Shown here: positions 56,040-64,000 of the stretch, piece by piece | Layout: each line of letters opens with the position of its first letter | How positions within the stretch are numbered: the first letter of the stretch is position 1 | The notes under the pieces: generated by a model | Told to the model about the DNA's origin: nothing | What the model saw: only the letters and a program-made list of their open reading frames with translations | The model's database searches: none | From: an uncultured Nitrospinota bacterium | GTDB lineage: Bacteria > Tectomicrobia > Entotheonellia > J063 > CAVPRW01 | Assembly (NCBI GenBank): GCA_963707985.1 | Contig: CAVPRW010000037.1 | Location: 32,001-96,000 of the forward strand | Direction: 5' to 3' | Length of the DNA stretch: 64,000 nt | Translations under genes and position numbers: made by a program

Positions 56040-57110
56040 TCACCTCGCCATCCGCTCGGCTGCGAAGTGTGGGATGACCTTCTCACCGAAGAGCCGGACG
56101 GACTGCTCGGCCTCGGCGTACGACATGTCGTTGAAGTTGACCTGCAGCGAGGCGTGGTCGACGCCGCCCATCACCCGATCGAGCTCAAAAAGCTGCTCGA
56201 TGATGTCAGCAGGCGTGCCCACGAACGCGGCGTGATGCTGGAGCTGCGACTCGAAGGTCTCGGCGCGCACCTTCTCGACCATCTTATCATAGTTCTTATA
56301 GACGACCGAAAGCTGTCGCCCCGCGTGCTCGGAGGTCGCGTCGGCGACCGATTGGAAGTGCCTCTCGATGCGCGGCTTGGCGATGCGGATCGCCTCTTCG
56401 CGGTTGACGTGGCAGTACATGAAGACGGCGAGCATGACCATCCCATGCCCAGGGTGCCCGGCGGAGCGCCAGGCCTCGCGGTAGGTGTGCACGAGCTCGG
56501 TCGGCGATGGGCCGACGCCGGGAATCGCCATCAGGTGGTAGCCGAGCCTGCCCGCACGCGCGAACGACGCTGGTGTGCCGACCGCGGCGATGTAGAAGGG
56601 CGGCTTCGGTCGCTGTGTCGGACGCGGCAGCGAGGTGACATGCTCGTACTGGTGAAACGGGCCGTTCGAGCATACGTGCTCGCCTTCGAGCAGAGCGCGG
56701 ACCTGCTCGATACCTTCCTCGAAGCGTGCCACGCTTTCATCCATAGAGACGCCGAAGTGGCGGAACTCATGGGGCAGGAAGGCGCGAGCAAAGCCGATAT
56801 CGAGCCGTCCGCCGCTGATCGCATCGAGCATGGCGAGCTCGCCGGCGAGCTTCAGTGGATGGTTGAACGCGGGCAGGACGGCACCGGTCACCAGCCTGGC
56901 GCGCTGCGTGCGCTGCGAGGCCGCGGTGAGGAAGATGATGGGATTCGGGCTGTAGCCGCCCCAGGGATGGAAGTAGTGCTCGACGATGCGCACGTGCGAG
57001 TAGCCGTACACGTCGCACCAGTCGACGAGACGTAGCGATTCGTCGAAGTATTGTCTGGCGCTCTTCTCCTCTGGCTTGACATCCGGAAAGAACGACATGC
57101 CGAATTCCAT
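56040..57110 (-). CDS. LLM-class flavin-dependent oxidoreductase
   Basis: EHYF, HPLKLAGELAMLDAISGGRL, PRPTQRPKPP. Confidence 0.93.
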   Translation of the reverse strand: MEFGMSFFPDVKPEEKSARQYFDESLRLVDWCDVYGYSHVRIVEHYFHPWGGYSPNPIIFLTAASQRTQRARLVTGAVLPAFNHPLKLAGELAMLDAISGGRLDIGFARAFLPHEFRHFGVSMDESVARFEEGIEQVRALLEGEHVCSNGPFHQYEHVTSLPRPTQRPKPPFYIAAVGTPASFARAGRLGYHLMAIPGVGPSPTELVHTYREAWRSAGHPGHGMVMLAVFMYCHVNREEAIRIAKPRIERHFQSVADATSEHAGRQLSVVYKNYDKMVEKVRAETFESQLQHHAAFVGTPADIIEQLFELDRVMGGVDHASLQVNFNDMSYAEAEQSVRLFGEKVIPHFAAERMAR

Positions 57111-57665
57111 AGGGTCTCCCCTCTGCATCGGTGTGTCATCTTGGCGTTCGGCACCTGGCATGTGCCGGTCGATAATGCCGCCGTGTCTCGGCCCTCAATG
57201 AGCAGCCGGACCGCAAGTGGTCTGACACACATCACACGCCCTGATGATGGCAGAGACGTGTCACCAGTGCAAGGAGGGCAACGCTACGCTCACCATCCTT
57301 GCCTTTGAGCTGATGGCCGTATAGTCCTTACGTCGAATCTTCTGCGCCAGGAATTCGGCCGACTCCCGTACCTTGAGGCGGAGCACCGCGGCGGCGATGA
57401 GCGCCGCCCCCAGGCAGAAGAGGCCCAGCAGGGGGAACCTGCCCAGCGCCAGCATCACACCCCCAAGCGAAGCCCCACCGGACACCCCCAGTTGGTTACT
57501 CACGGCGAACATGCCGATGGCGGTGGTTCGTGACTCGCCGGCCCGCTCCAGCAACCACGCCAGCGTCACCACGGTCGAGATGCGCGAGAGCGCGATCATG
57601 CCGCACGCCAGGGCGAAGCACGCGAGGGTGTGGCGATGGTCGGCGACCCACCCCCCCGGGACACC

Positions 57666-59086
57666 CTTTGAGGGGTAGGTTTTTTAGAACATGCGATCAA
57701 CACCATGGCAAGACAGGCCTCCTTGGGACATACTGTGGGTCTTCGCGTACCCCAGTGATCCCAGGAGGACAACCATGTCTTGCCAGAGCCGACTTGCCGA
57801 ATGGACGACCGTGATCCGCACGCATTTGCCGCTGTTGAGCCAACCCCAGGCCACCGTGCTGGCCCTGTGGAGCTTGGGCATGGTGCTGCGCGCGCTCGTG
57901 TGCCCTGACCGCCGTGGCCGTCTTTCTGGCCGGGTGGCTCCACCGCAAGGAGCAGACCGTGCGGCAACAGCTGCGGGAGTTCTGTGACGAGGTCGAGGCG
58001 ACACGCGGTGTCCAACGGCAAGCCCTGGCCGTGGAACCCTGTTTTGGGCCGCTGCTGCGCTGGGTGCTGAGCGATTGGCAAGGGACCCAAGTGGCGTTGG
58101 CCCTCGATGCCACCACCTTGGGCACCCGCTTCACCGTGTTGGCCATCAGCGTGGTCTATCGCGGCTGTGCGATTCCCGTGGCCTGGACGATCCTGCCGGC
58201 CAATGTGGCCCCATGCCTGGCGCCGCGAGTGGCTGCGCCTGCTGCGGCAGCTGCGGCCCGCCATCCCCAAGTCCTGGACGGTCATCGTGCTGGCCGATCG
58301 TGGCCTGTATGCCGGCTGGCTGTTTCGCCGTATCGTCCGGTTGGGGTGGCATCCGTTTTTGCGCATCAACCGCGGGGGGACCTTTCGCCCGGACCCGCAG
58401 GCCACGTACCGCCCGTTGCCCAGCTTCGTGCCCCAGCCCGGCACGCGCTGGCGGGGCACCGGCACCGCCTTCAAGAGCCGGCAGCGACGGCTGCGCTGCA
58501 CACTGCTGGCCTGCTGGGAAGAGGGGTACCAAGACCCCTGGCTGATCCTGACTGATCTGCCGCCCGACGCCAGCGAGGCGGGTTGGTATGGCCTGCGGGC
58601 CTGGATCGAACAGCAGTTCAAATGTATCAAACGCGCCGGCTGGCAGTGGCAGCGCACCCGCATGACCCAGCCCGACCGCGCCGCCCGCCTGTGGCTGGCG
58701 GTCGCCGTGGCCACGCTGTGGCGGCTCAGCGTCGGCGGCGCGGCCGAGGAGACGATCCCCGCGAGCACGCTGCTCGATGTCACCGACGCCCTGACCGGCC
58801 AGCGGCGCCAGCGGCGAGCGACCCGCCTGCGCGTGGTCAGTATCTTTCACCGCGGCTGGATCACCATCCTGGTCGCCCTGCTCGAACAGGCCCCCCTGCC
58901 GCTGGGCACCTTTCTCCCAGAGCCTTGGCCCAGGGTTCCAGAGTCTCGAGGCGCATCGTGTTATGCCTGATCCGGAGGTACAGTATCATGTCGCTGCCTA
59001 AAAAACCTACCCCAGAAAGCTCCCGGTGGGAGAGGGAGAAATGACCCAGGGTCAGTGTCGCGTCTAAAAAAACCTACCCTTGTGAG
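57666..59086 (+). mobile_element. IS4-like insertion sequence with 11-bp target duplication
   Basis: CCCGGGACACC at 57655-57665 and 59087-59097; imperfect TIRs sharing GGGTAGGTTTTTT. Confidence 0.88.
57775..58970 (+). pseudogene. IS4-like DDE transposase with two frameshifts
   Basis: LALDATT, LADRG, R.WIE..FK motifs spread over three frames; shifts near 57890 and 58208. Confidence 0.85.
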
Positions 59087-59855
59087 CCCGGGACACCGCC
59101 CACGATGAGACCACCTCTGGCAACGTGGCGACGGAGAGCAAGATAAGCAGCCATGTGGGGGAGTCGTGCCGTAAAGCCATGGATTTCTCGCTTCCGGTGT
59201 CGTGGTTCGTGACAGTCGTGGGACCGTTGATCTGGCCTACATCTGTCTCGACGATGGCCTCAGACTCCGCGACCCATGAGGCACTGGCCATCAGGCTTCT
59301 CCTCTGTCATCTGCAATCATCCTGAGTCGTACGCTGGAGGGAGCGGCAAGCTCATCTGGAAGCCACCGTGGTGGTGGGCAGCCTCAAATGGCTGCCGCCG
59401 TGTGCCAGCTCGTCCTGAATCTCCCACCGGTGCCCTTGAGATAGAGCAACTGCCGTGCCGACGAGCTGCCCACCATCTCGATCCTTCTATTGAATCGTGT
59501 ATGTATTGATTATATAGAACTTTTAGCTGATGGCAGAAGTGCACAGGTTGGAGGACAGGACCCCAGAGCGTGGCTCCGACGGTGGCAGGCTTCGCCTGGA
59601 GGGGGTGGCAACCTTCCCGTGGTCCACGTGGCAGCGTTCACGTGGACGGGGTGGAAGGCTTCACGTGGATTGAGTGGCACCTTTCCCATGGAGGTAGCTC
59701 CACAGCTAATCGTGGTCCCCGCACCATCGCTCGATGAGGCGGTTGAGCGCATGTGAGGGACGCCCACGGTGCTTGGGTGGCAGACATCCGTGGAATATGC
59801 ATCGCCAGTGCATCGCCTCCACGGGGCCCGCTGTTCCGTGTCTTTCCGCACGCCT

Positions 59856-61256
59856 TTACGTCCCCGCCTCAGATGACAAATCCAGCGGACTTTGTAACGG
59901 CTTGAGGTCGGATTTGATCGTATGAGTATAGATCATCGTGGTCCGCACATCGCTGTGGCCAAGCATCTGCTGAATCTGGCGGATGTCGTAGTTCGCCTGC
60001 AATAGATGCGTGGCGAACGTGTGCCGCAGGGTGTGCGGAGACACCCGCTTGGGAATGCCCGCCTCGCGAGCCGCCGCCTTGATCGCCCGCTGCATATCGG
60101 TGTCATGCATATGGTCACGCCGCACTTCGCGCGTGGCCTCCACGAGCGTCAGACGGTGTGCGGGAAAGAACCACTGCCAGACGAGGTCCCGCGCCGCCGA
60201 CTTCGCCTTCTTTGCGAACGACGCCGGCAGAAACACTCCGTCATAGCCCTTCTTCAGGTCCTCTTGATGGAGCGCCCTCGCCTTTTCCAACTGCTGCATA
60301 AGGGCCCCATGGATCTTCTTCGGCAAGGGCACGGTCCGCGATTTGCCGCCCTTGCCGAACTGGATAGAAAGCATCCCCGTGTCAAAATTGAACTGGTGGA
60401 TCCGTAGATTGGCCGCCTCGGAAAGCCTCAAGCCACACCCGTACATAAGCATCGCCAGTAATTTATTAGGCTCTTTCAACGCAGCCAACAGCCGTTCCAC
60501 CTCCTGACGTGAAAGCACGGTTGGGATGGACTTGCGTCGCTTGGCCCGTGGCGTCCCCGAAAGATCACCGAGTTCCTTGATGAACACATGTCGGAACAGA
60601 AACAGCAGGGCGTTGAACGCCTGGTTTTGCGCCGAAGCCGACACCTGTTTCCTGACGGCCAGATCGGCCAAAAACTGCTTGGCCTCCGCGCCCGTCAACT
60701 CCGCCGGATGGGTATTGATCATGGACCCCCGGAACTTCCGCAGCCATCCCGCATACGCTTGGAGCGTCTTGGGCGAATAATGGCGCAACATGATTTCGTC
60801 TTTCAACTTCGCTTCCACCTCCTGCCACGCCGCGTGCGTCTGATCTCGCGCGCCATTGGCCTGGACGAGGACATGCGCGTGTGCCTCCATCCTGGGAGAT
60901 GGACCGATGATGCTCTCCGGCTTCCGTGCCGCGAGACCGTCTTCTCCGTCTTTCGGCGCGGTCGGCGCGCCAGCGTCGTCGTCTCGCCACGAAAACACCG
61001 CCGGCGACAAGAACACGGCGTCATATTCAACCGCGCAGTGTGCCTGGGCCCGCTGTGGGGCCGTTTGACCTTTCGACGCCAGTTTTCCCATAAACAACTG
61101 CAGGCTCTTGGACTCGGTGGGATTGTGGCGGTACTTCTGGCAAAAATGCAGATAGAACCGCACCCATGTGTGGTAGTTCCGCCATTGGTCACGCGGCACC
61201 TGCCTGGCCGCGAGGACCTCGCCGTATCTCATATCGGGGGCCGGGAACGCGCTCAT
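59856..61256 (-). CDS. intI: Integron integrase with N-terminal extension
   Basis: SASAQNQAFNALLFL, YGCGLR, GKGGK, integron-specific insert (VFLP...WQWFFPA), HTLRH, LGH, TTMIYTH; GGAGGAG RBS. Confidence 0.95.
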   Translation of the reverse strand: MSAFPAPDMRYGEVLAARQVPRDQWRNYHTWVRFYLHFCQKYRHNPTESKSLQLFMGKLASKGQTAPQRAQAHCAVEYDAVFLSPAVFSWRDDDAGAPTAPKDGEDGLAARKPESIIGPSPRMEAHAHVLVQANGARDQTHAAWQEVEAKLKDEIMLRHYSPKTLQAYAGWLRKFRGSMINTHPAELTGAEAKQFLADLAVRKQVSASAQNQAFNALLFLFRHVFIKELGDLSGTPRAKRRKSIPTVLSRQEVERLLAALKEPNKLLAMLMYGCGLRLSEAANLRIHQFNFDTGMLSIQFGKGGKSRTVPLPKKIHGALMQQLEKARALHQEDLKKGYDGVFLPASFAKKAKSAARDLVWQWFFPAHRLTLVEATREVRRDHMHDTDMQRAIKAAAREAGIPKRVSPHTLRHTFATHLLQANYDIRQIQQMLGHSDVRTTMIYTHTIKSDLKPLQSPLDLSSEAGT

Positions 61257-61434
61257 GCATGACTCCTCCGCCGTTCTTATCCAGCTGCTGGATATTCTTA
61301 CATGACGCATGTTCTACAGCAGTAATGGGGATGTCAAGGCGTTGGCCATTGAGACGTGATCGTGACAGCCTGATCGTGACTCTCTGAATTGAAAGGGGGT
61401 ATTCAAAAAATGCGAACGTAGCGGGGTTGAGCGA

Positions 61435-61499
61435 TGTTATAATGCCGGGTTACCAATGCCGGAGTGTTAGACGGAAAACGGTTGACTCACTGGTTCTCC
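61435..61499 (+). promoter_or_regulatory. Putative cassette promoter and attI region
   Basis: Extended -10 TGTTATAAT (61435-61443), repeated AATGCCGG, candidate cores GTTAGAC (61466) and GTTCTCC (61493). Confidence 0.55.
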
Positions 61500-61565
61500 C
61501 GGACGCTGCGCGTCCGGGAGAACGCGGCAGCTAAGCCGTGAGCTCCTTCCCGCCGCTACGCGCCG

Positions 61566-61626
61566 GGAGAACCAGGAGCTCAAGACCGATGCCCCTTCGG
61601 GGCACGGCTTAGCTGCCGCGTTCGGC
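61566..61626 (+). other. attC site 1
   Basis: GGAGAAC..GCTCAAG..CTTAGC..GTTCGGC with an extrahelical base and a TTCG-capped stem. Confidence 0.8.
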
Positions 61627-61669
61627 TTCAACGGAAAGAAGAAGGTTGGAATGAGGCTGACTTGAGGAG

Positions 61670-62662
61670 ATGACCATGTGGGGCAGCACCGTCGGAGTCA
61701 TTGTCACGCTCCTCCTGGGCCTGCTCGCAACGCCAGGCGCCGTCGAGGCGCAGCCAGCGCAGCACGTCCCCCGCCTAGGCTTCCTCAGTGGGGGCACCCC
61801 TGCCGCGAACGCGGCCCGCGTCGAGGCCTTCCGGCAGGGACTGCGCGAGCTAGGGTACGTGGGGGGGCACAACCTGGTGATCGTGTGGCGCTATGCCGAG
61901 GGCCAGATCGAGCGTCTCCCCGCGCTGGCGGCCGAACTCATGCGTCTCGAGGTGGACGTCATCGTCACGGCGGCTCCAGGACCAACCCGTGCTGCCAAGG
62001 AAGCCACGGCAACGATTCCCATTGTTATGGCGTATGACAGTGACCCGGTGGGCAACGGGTTCGTCGCCAGCCTGGCGCAACCGGGCGGGAACATTACGGG
62101 ACTGTCGAGCCTGGCCCCGGAAATCAGCGGCAAACAATTGGAGCTGCTGCGGGAGCTGGTGCCCAGGCTCTCGCGTGTGGCAGTGCTCGGGACCTTTGAC
62201 CCGCTCTACGCCAGCAGGTTACACGAGATAGCACACGCCGCGGGGGCGTTGCAGGTCCAGCTGCAAGACCTCGACGTGCACGGTCCCGAGGATATGGAGA
62301 GGACATTCCAAGAGGCGCGTGCAGGGCGTGCGGACGCCGTCCTTGTGCTAGCGAGCCCCATCCTCGAATCGCACCGCTCAGAAGTGGCAGCGCTCGCGGC
62401 AAAACACCGACTCCCGACGATCTATCATGTGGCAGAATTCGTGGAAGCCGGGGGGCTGCTGTCCTATGGCGTGAGTTTTCTGGACTTGTACCGCCGTGCC
62501 GCTACCTATGTGGACAAGATCCTCAAAGGCACCAAGCCCGCGGACTTGCCCGTGGAGCAGCCGACGAAATTCGAGCTGGTCATCAATCTCAAGACAGCCA
62601 AGGCGCTCGACCTTCCCATCCCCCCGATTCTCCTCTTGCAGGCGGATAAGGTGATCGAATAG
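61670..62662 (+). CDS. ABC-type substrate-binding protein in an integron cassette
   Basis: Signal peptide; AFRQGLRELGY, SLAQPGGNITG, KPADLPVEQPTKFELVINLKTAKAL. Confidence 0.92.
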   Translation: MTMWGSTVGVIVTLLLGLLATPGAVEAQPAQHVPRLGFLSGGTPAANAARVEAFRQGLRELGYVGGHNLVIVWRYAEGQIERLPALAAELMRLEVDVIVTAAPGPTRAAKEATATIPIVMAYDSDPVGNGFVASLAQPGGNITGLSSLAPEISGKQLELLRELVPRLSRVAVLGTFDPLYASRLHEIAHAAGALQVQLQDLDVHGPEDMERTFQEARAGRADAVLVLASPILESHRSEVAALAAKHRLPTIYHVAEFVEAGGLLSYGVSFLDLYRRAATYVDKILKGTKPADLPVEQPTKFELVINLKTAKALDLPIPPILLLQADKVIE

Positions 62663-62747
62663 GGAGGCAGGGGCACGGTACGGTGTCGCAAGACGTCCAG
62701 CAGGGAGCACAACAACGGTGTAAACAGTGCGGGATGGGAGCACCCCA

Positions 62748-62829
62748 GCCGAACCTCGCACTGGAGCCGACGCCCTACAGCCTACGCTACGCTCCGGCTT
62801 CCGGCAGCGGCTGACACCTGGCGTTCGGT
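62748..62829 (+). other. attC site 2
   Basis: GCCGAAC...GTTCGGT; the left core is complementary to this cassette's start GTTCGGC (61620). Confidence 0.8.
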
Positions 62830-62891
62830 GCTGCGCAGAAGAGAAGACATGAACTCAGTGGAGAGGTATATTCCTGCCGCTAGGGGTTGCA

Positions 62892-63140
62892 ATGCCGCTG
62901 CACCTATACCCAGATGTGTATGCCTCTGGCTCTGTGCCTCCTGGCTGGATGCCCACGAGAGGCGGCATAGTAAAATACCCGGTGCGTAATCCAGTCGTCC
63001 GTCGTTATCTTCGGCAACTGCTTCCTGGCAGATGGCAGAAGGTCATCAAGCAGGGTAACAGCGGAGAGGTGCACTATTTTGAACATACTTCTGGTCAAGT
63101 GGCCGGGGTCAAGTATTATGCGCATGAGGCGAACCCATGA
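62892..63140 (+). CDS. Small protein resembling a polymorphic-toxin C-terminal domain
   Basis: LRQLLPGRWQKVIKQG..GEVHYFEH.SGQVAGVK; ATGA overlap with the next gene. Confidence 0.6.
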   Translation: MPLHLYPDVYASGSVPPGWMPTRGGIVKYPVRNPVVRRYLRQLLPGRWQKVIKQGNSGEVHYFEHTSGQVAGVKYYAHEANP

Positions 63141-63487
63141 ACCCTATATTGTCCCTCAAGGCTTTACTGGCGGCATCGGGTGGAACGTCAGCCCAGCAAT
63201 TCGTGCTCTTCGCGCTGCTGACCCTCGGTATGCTTGAGTCACTGGCCAACGGTGTACTCAGCGCCACGGACGCGCTACGCATGTTCTTCCATGCCGAGAA
63301 TTGTCTGTTTGTCCGTAAGCAATTGCGCGACAAGACCGCCGATGCCATCATGAGTCATGGCGTCCAGTTACCCGACCTTGTTGAGGCGCTCCCGCTGGCC
63401 GAAGCTCATCGGGAGTTTCAACGGGAGTTGGCCGCTATGCGTGCGCTGTGCCTGAAACTGCTGGAAGAGAAGCCATTCGTCGCGTAA
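63137..63487 (+). CDS. DUF3969-like putative immunity protein
   Basis: LGMLESLANGVLSATDA...F, I.SHG.QL.DL pattern. Confidence 0.6.
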   Translation: MNPILSLKALLAASGGTSAQQFVLFALLTLGMLESLANGVLSATDALRMFFHAENCLFVRKQLRDKTADAIMSHGVQLPDLVEALPLAEAHREFQRELAAMRALCLKLLEEKPFVA

Positions 63488-63533
63488 GCTGGGGGCGGTG
63501 GTGTGAGAACTTGTCGTGCCAGGGGCTTCCCGC

Positions 63534-63643
63534 ACCGAACCACCCACTGCAGCGGACGGGGGGACAGCGGTGGTTTCCTGCTCAGTGCCTCAGTCACGGG
63601 GCATTGGCAGTTCTGCCCCCGCCGCTGAGCGGGGGCGTTCGGC
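63534..63643 (+). other. attC site 3
   Basis: (GC)ACCGAAC..CTGCAGCGG...CCGCTGAG..GTTCGGC; the left core is complementary to GTTCGGTGC at 62823. Confidence 0.85.
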
Positions 63644-63664
63644 TTCACAACACATAGGATCAAT

Positions 63665-64000
63665 ATGGATGAAGAACAGATAGATGAACCACGGGTCAGG
63701 GTATCAATCAACCTGTCAGCATTACAGGGGACTTTTTTCGTCCAGCTACAGCGATTACTCGATATCCTAGCTGTGCTGTAAGTTTAGCTGGCCTGGAGCA
63801 AGTCGATGACGTAGCGTATGCGGGTTTCTCGCCCTTTTTTACCCTCATACCGGCCCAGAACAAGCGTTTAACAAGGTTGTCCGCAGTGGCGGAAGCCCAG
63901 CGGTGGTACTTATGTACAGTTGTCCGAGATGCCGTCGAGTGCACGCATACCTTTCTTGAAGAATGCCGATTAGTATGTGCATTTTTCTCCCTCAGCGCTC
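63665..64000 (+). pseudogene. Cassette 4 hypothetical gene frameshifted by a 5-bp duplication (runs off the window)
   Basis: MDEEQ...LLDILAV joins SLAGLEQ...VRDAVECTHTFLEECR if one GCTGT copy at 63770-63779 is removed. Confidence 0.7.

Larger units (their letters stand above)
57261..59180 (-). pseudogene. MFS transporter remnant split by an IS
   Basis: N-terminal MALRHDSPTWLLILLSV lies right of the IS; GGWVADH and C-terminal TMs lie left of it; they rejoin at the TSD. Confidence 0.7.

Noticed and set aside
59600..59830. Short CACGTGG and TGCATCGCC repeats as a CRISPR array or attC
   Set aside because: Too short and irregularly spaced; no cas genes and no attC cores.

Overview
Bacterial chromosomal window. 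1-21 kb is a housekeeping block: rpsA-sppA-ihfB, four nucleotide-sugar genes, radC, an MBL hydrolase and purF on +; rplU-rpmA-obgE-proB-proA-nadD-rsfS-dksA-like and pepA-dapF-ltaE on -. From about 22 kb on it is an accessory region with catabolic and redox genes (GGT, amidase with a GatC-like partner, FAD oxidase, AKR, nitroreductase, epoxide hydrolase, TDO, LLM monooxygenase), a stand-alone gltB, rnz, and many gene scraps. Main points: (i) an integron at 59.9-64 kb with an intact long integron integrase, three attC sites with GTTCGGY cores, an ORF-less first cassette holding an inverted copy of its own attC, a solute-binding-protein cassette, a toxin-tip/DUF3969-like immunity cassette, and a fourth cassette broken by a 5-bp duplication; (ii) a two-gene module pairing an SH3-TM-(TerB-C-like) membrane protein with a DUF2791/BrxD-like ATPase and no helicase; (iii) an IS4-like element with an 11-bp target duplication inside an already decayed MFS gene; (iv) a GH88-like gene intact except for one in-frame TAG. 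No tRNA, rRNA or CRISPR array was recognised. The gene content suggests a Tectomicrobia- or Methylomirabilota-like organism, but this is inference only. All family calls come from motif recognition by eye, not database searches.
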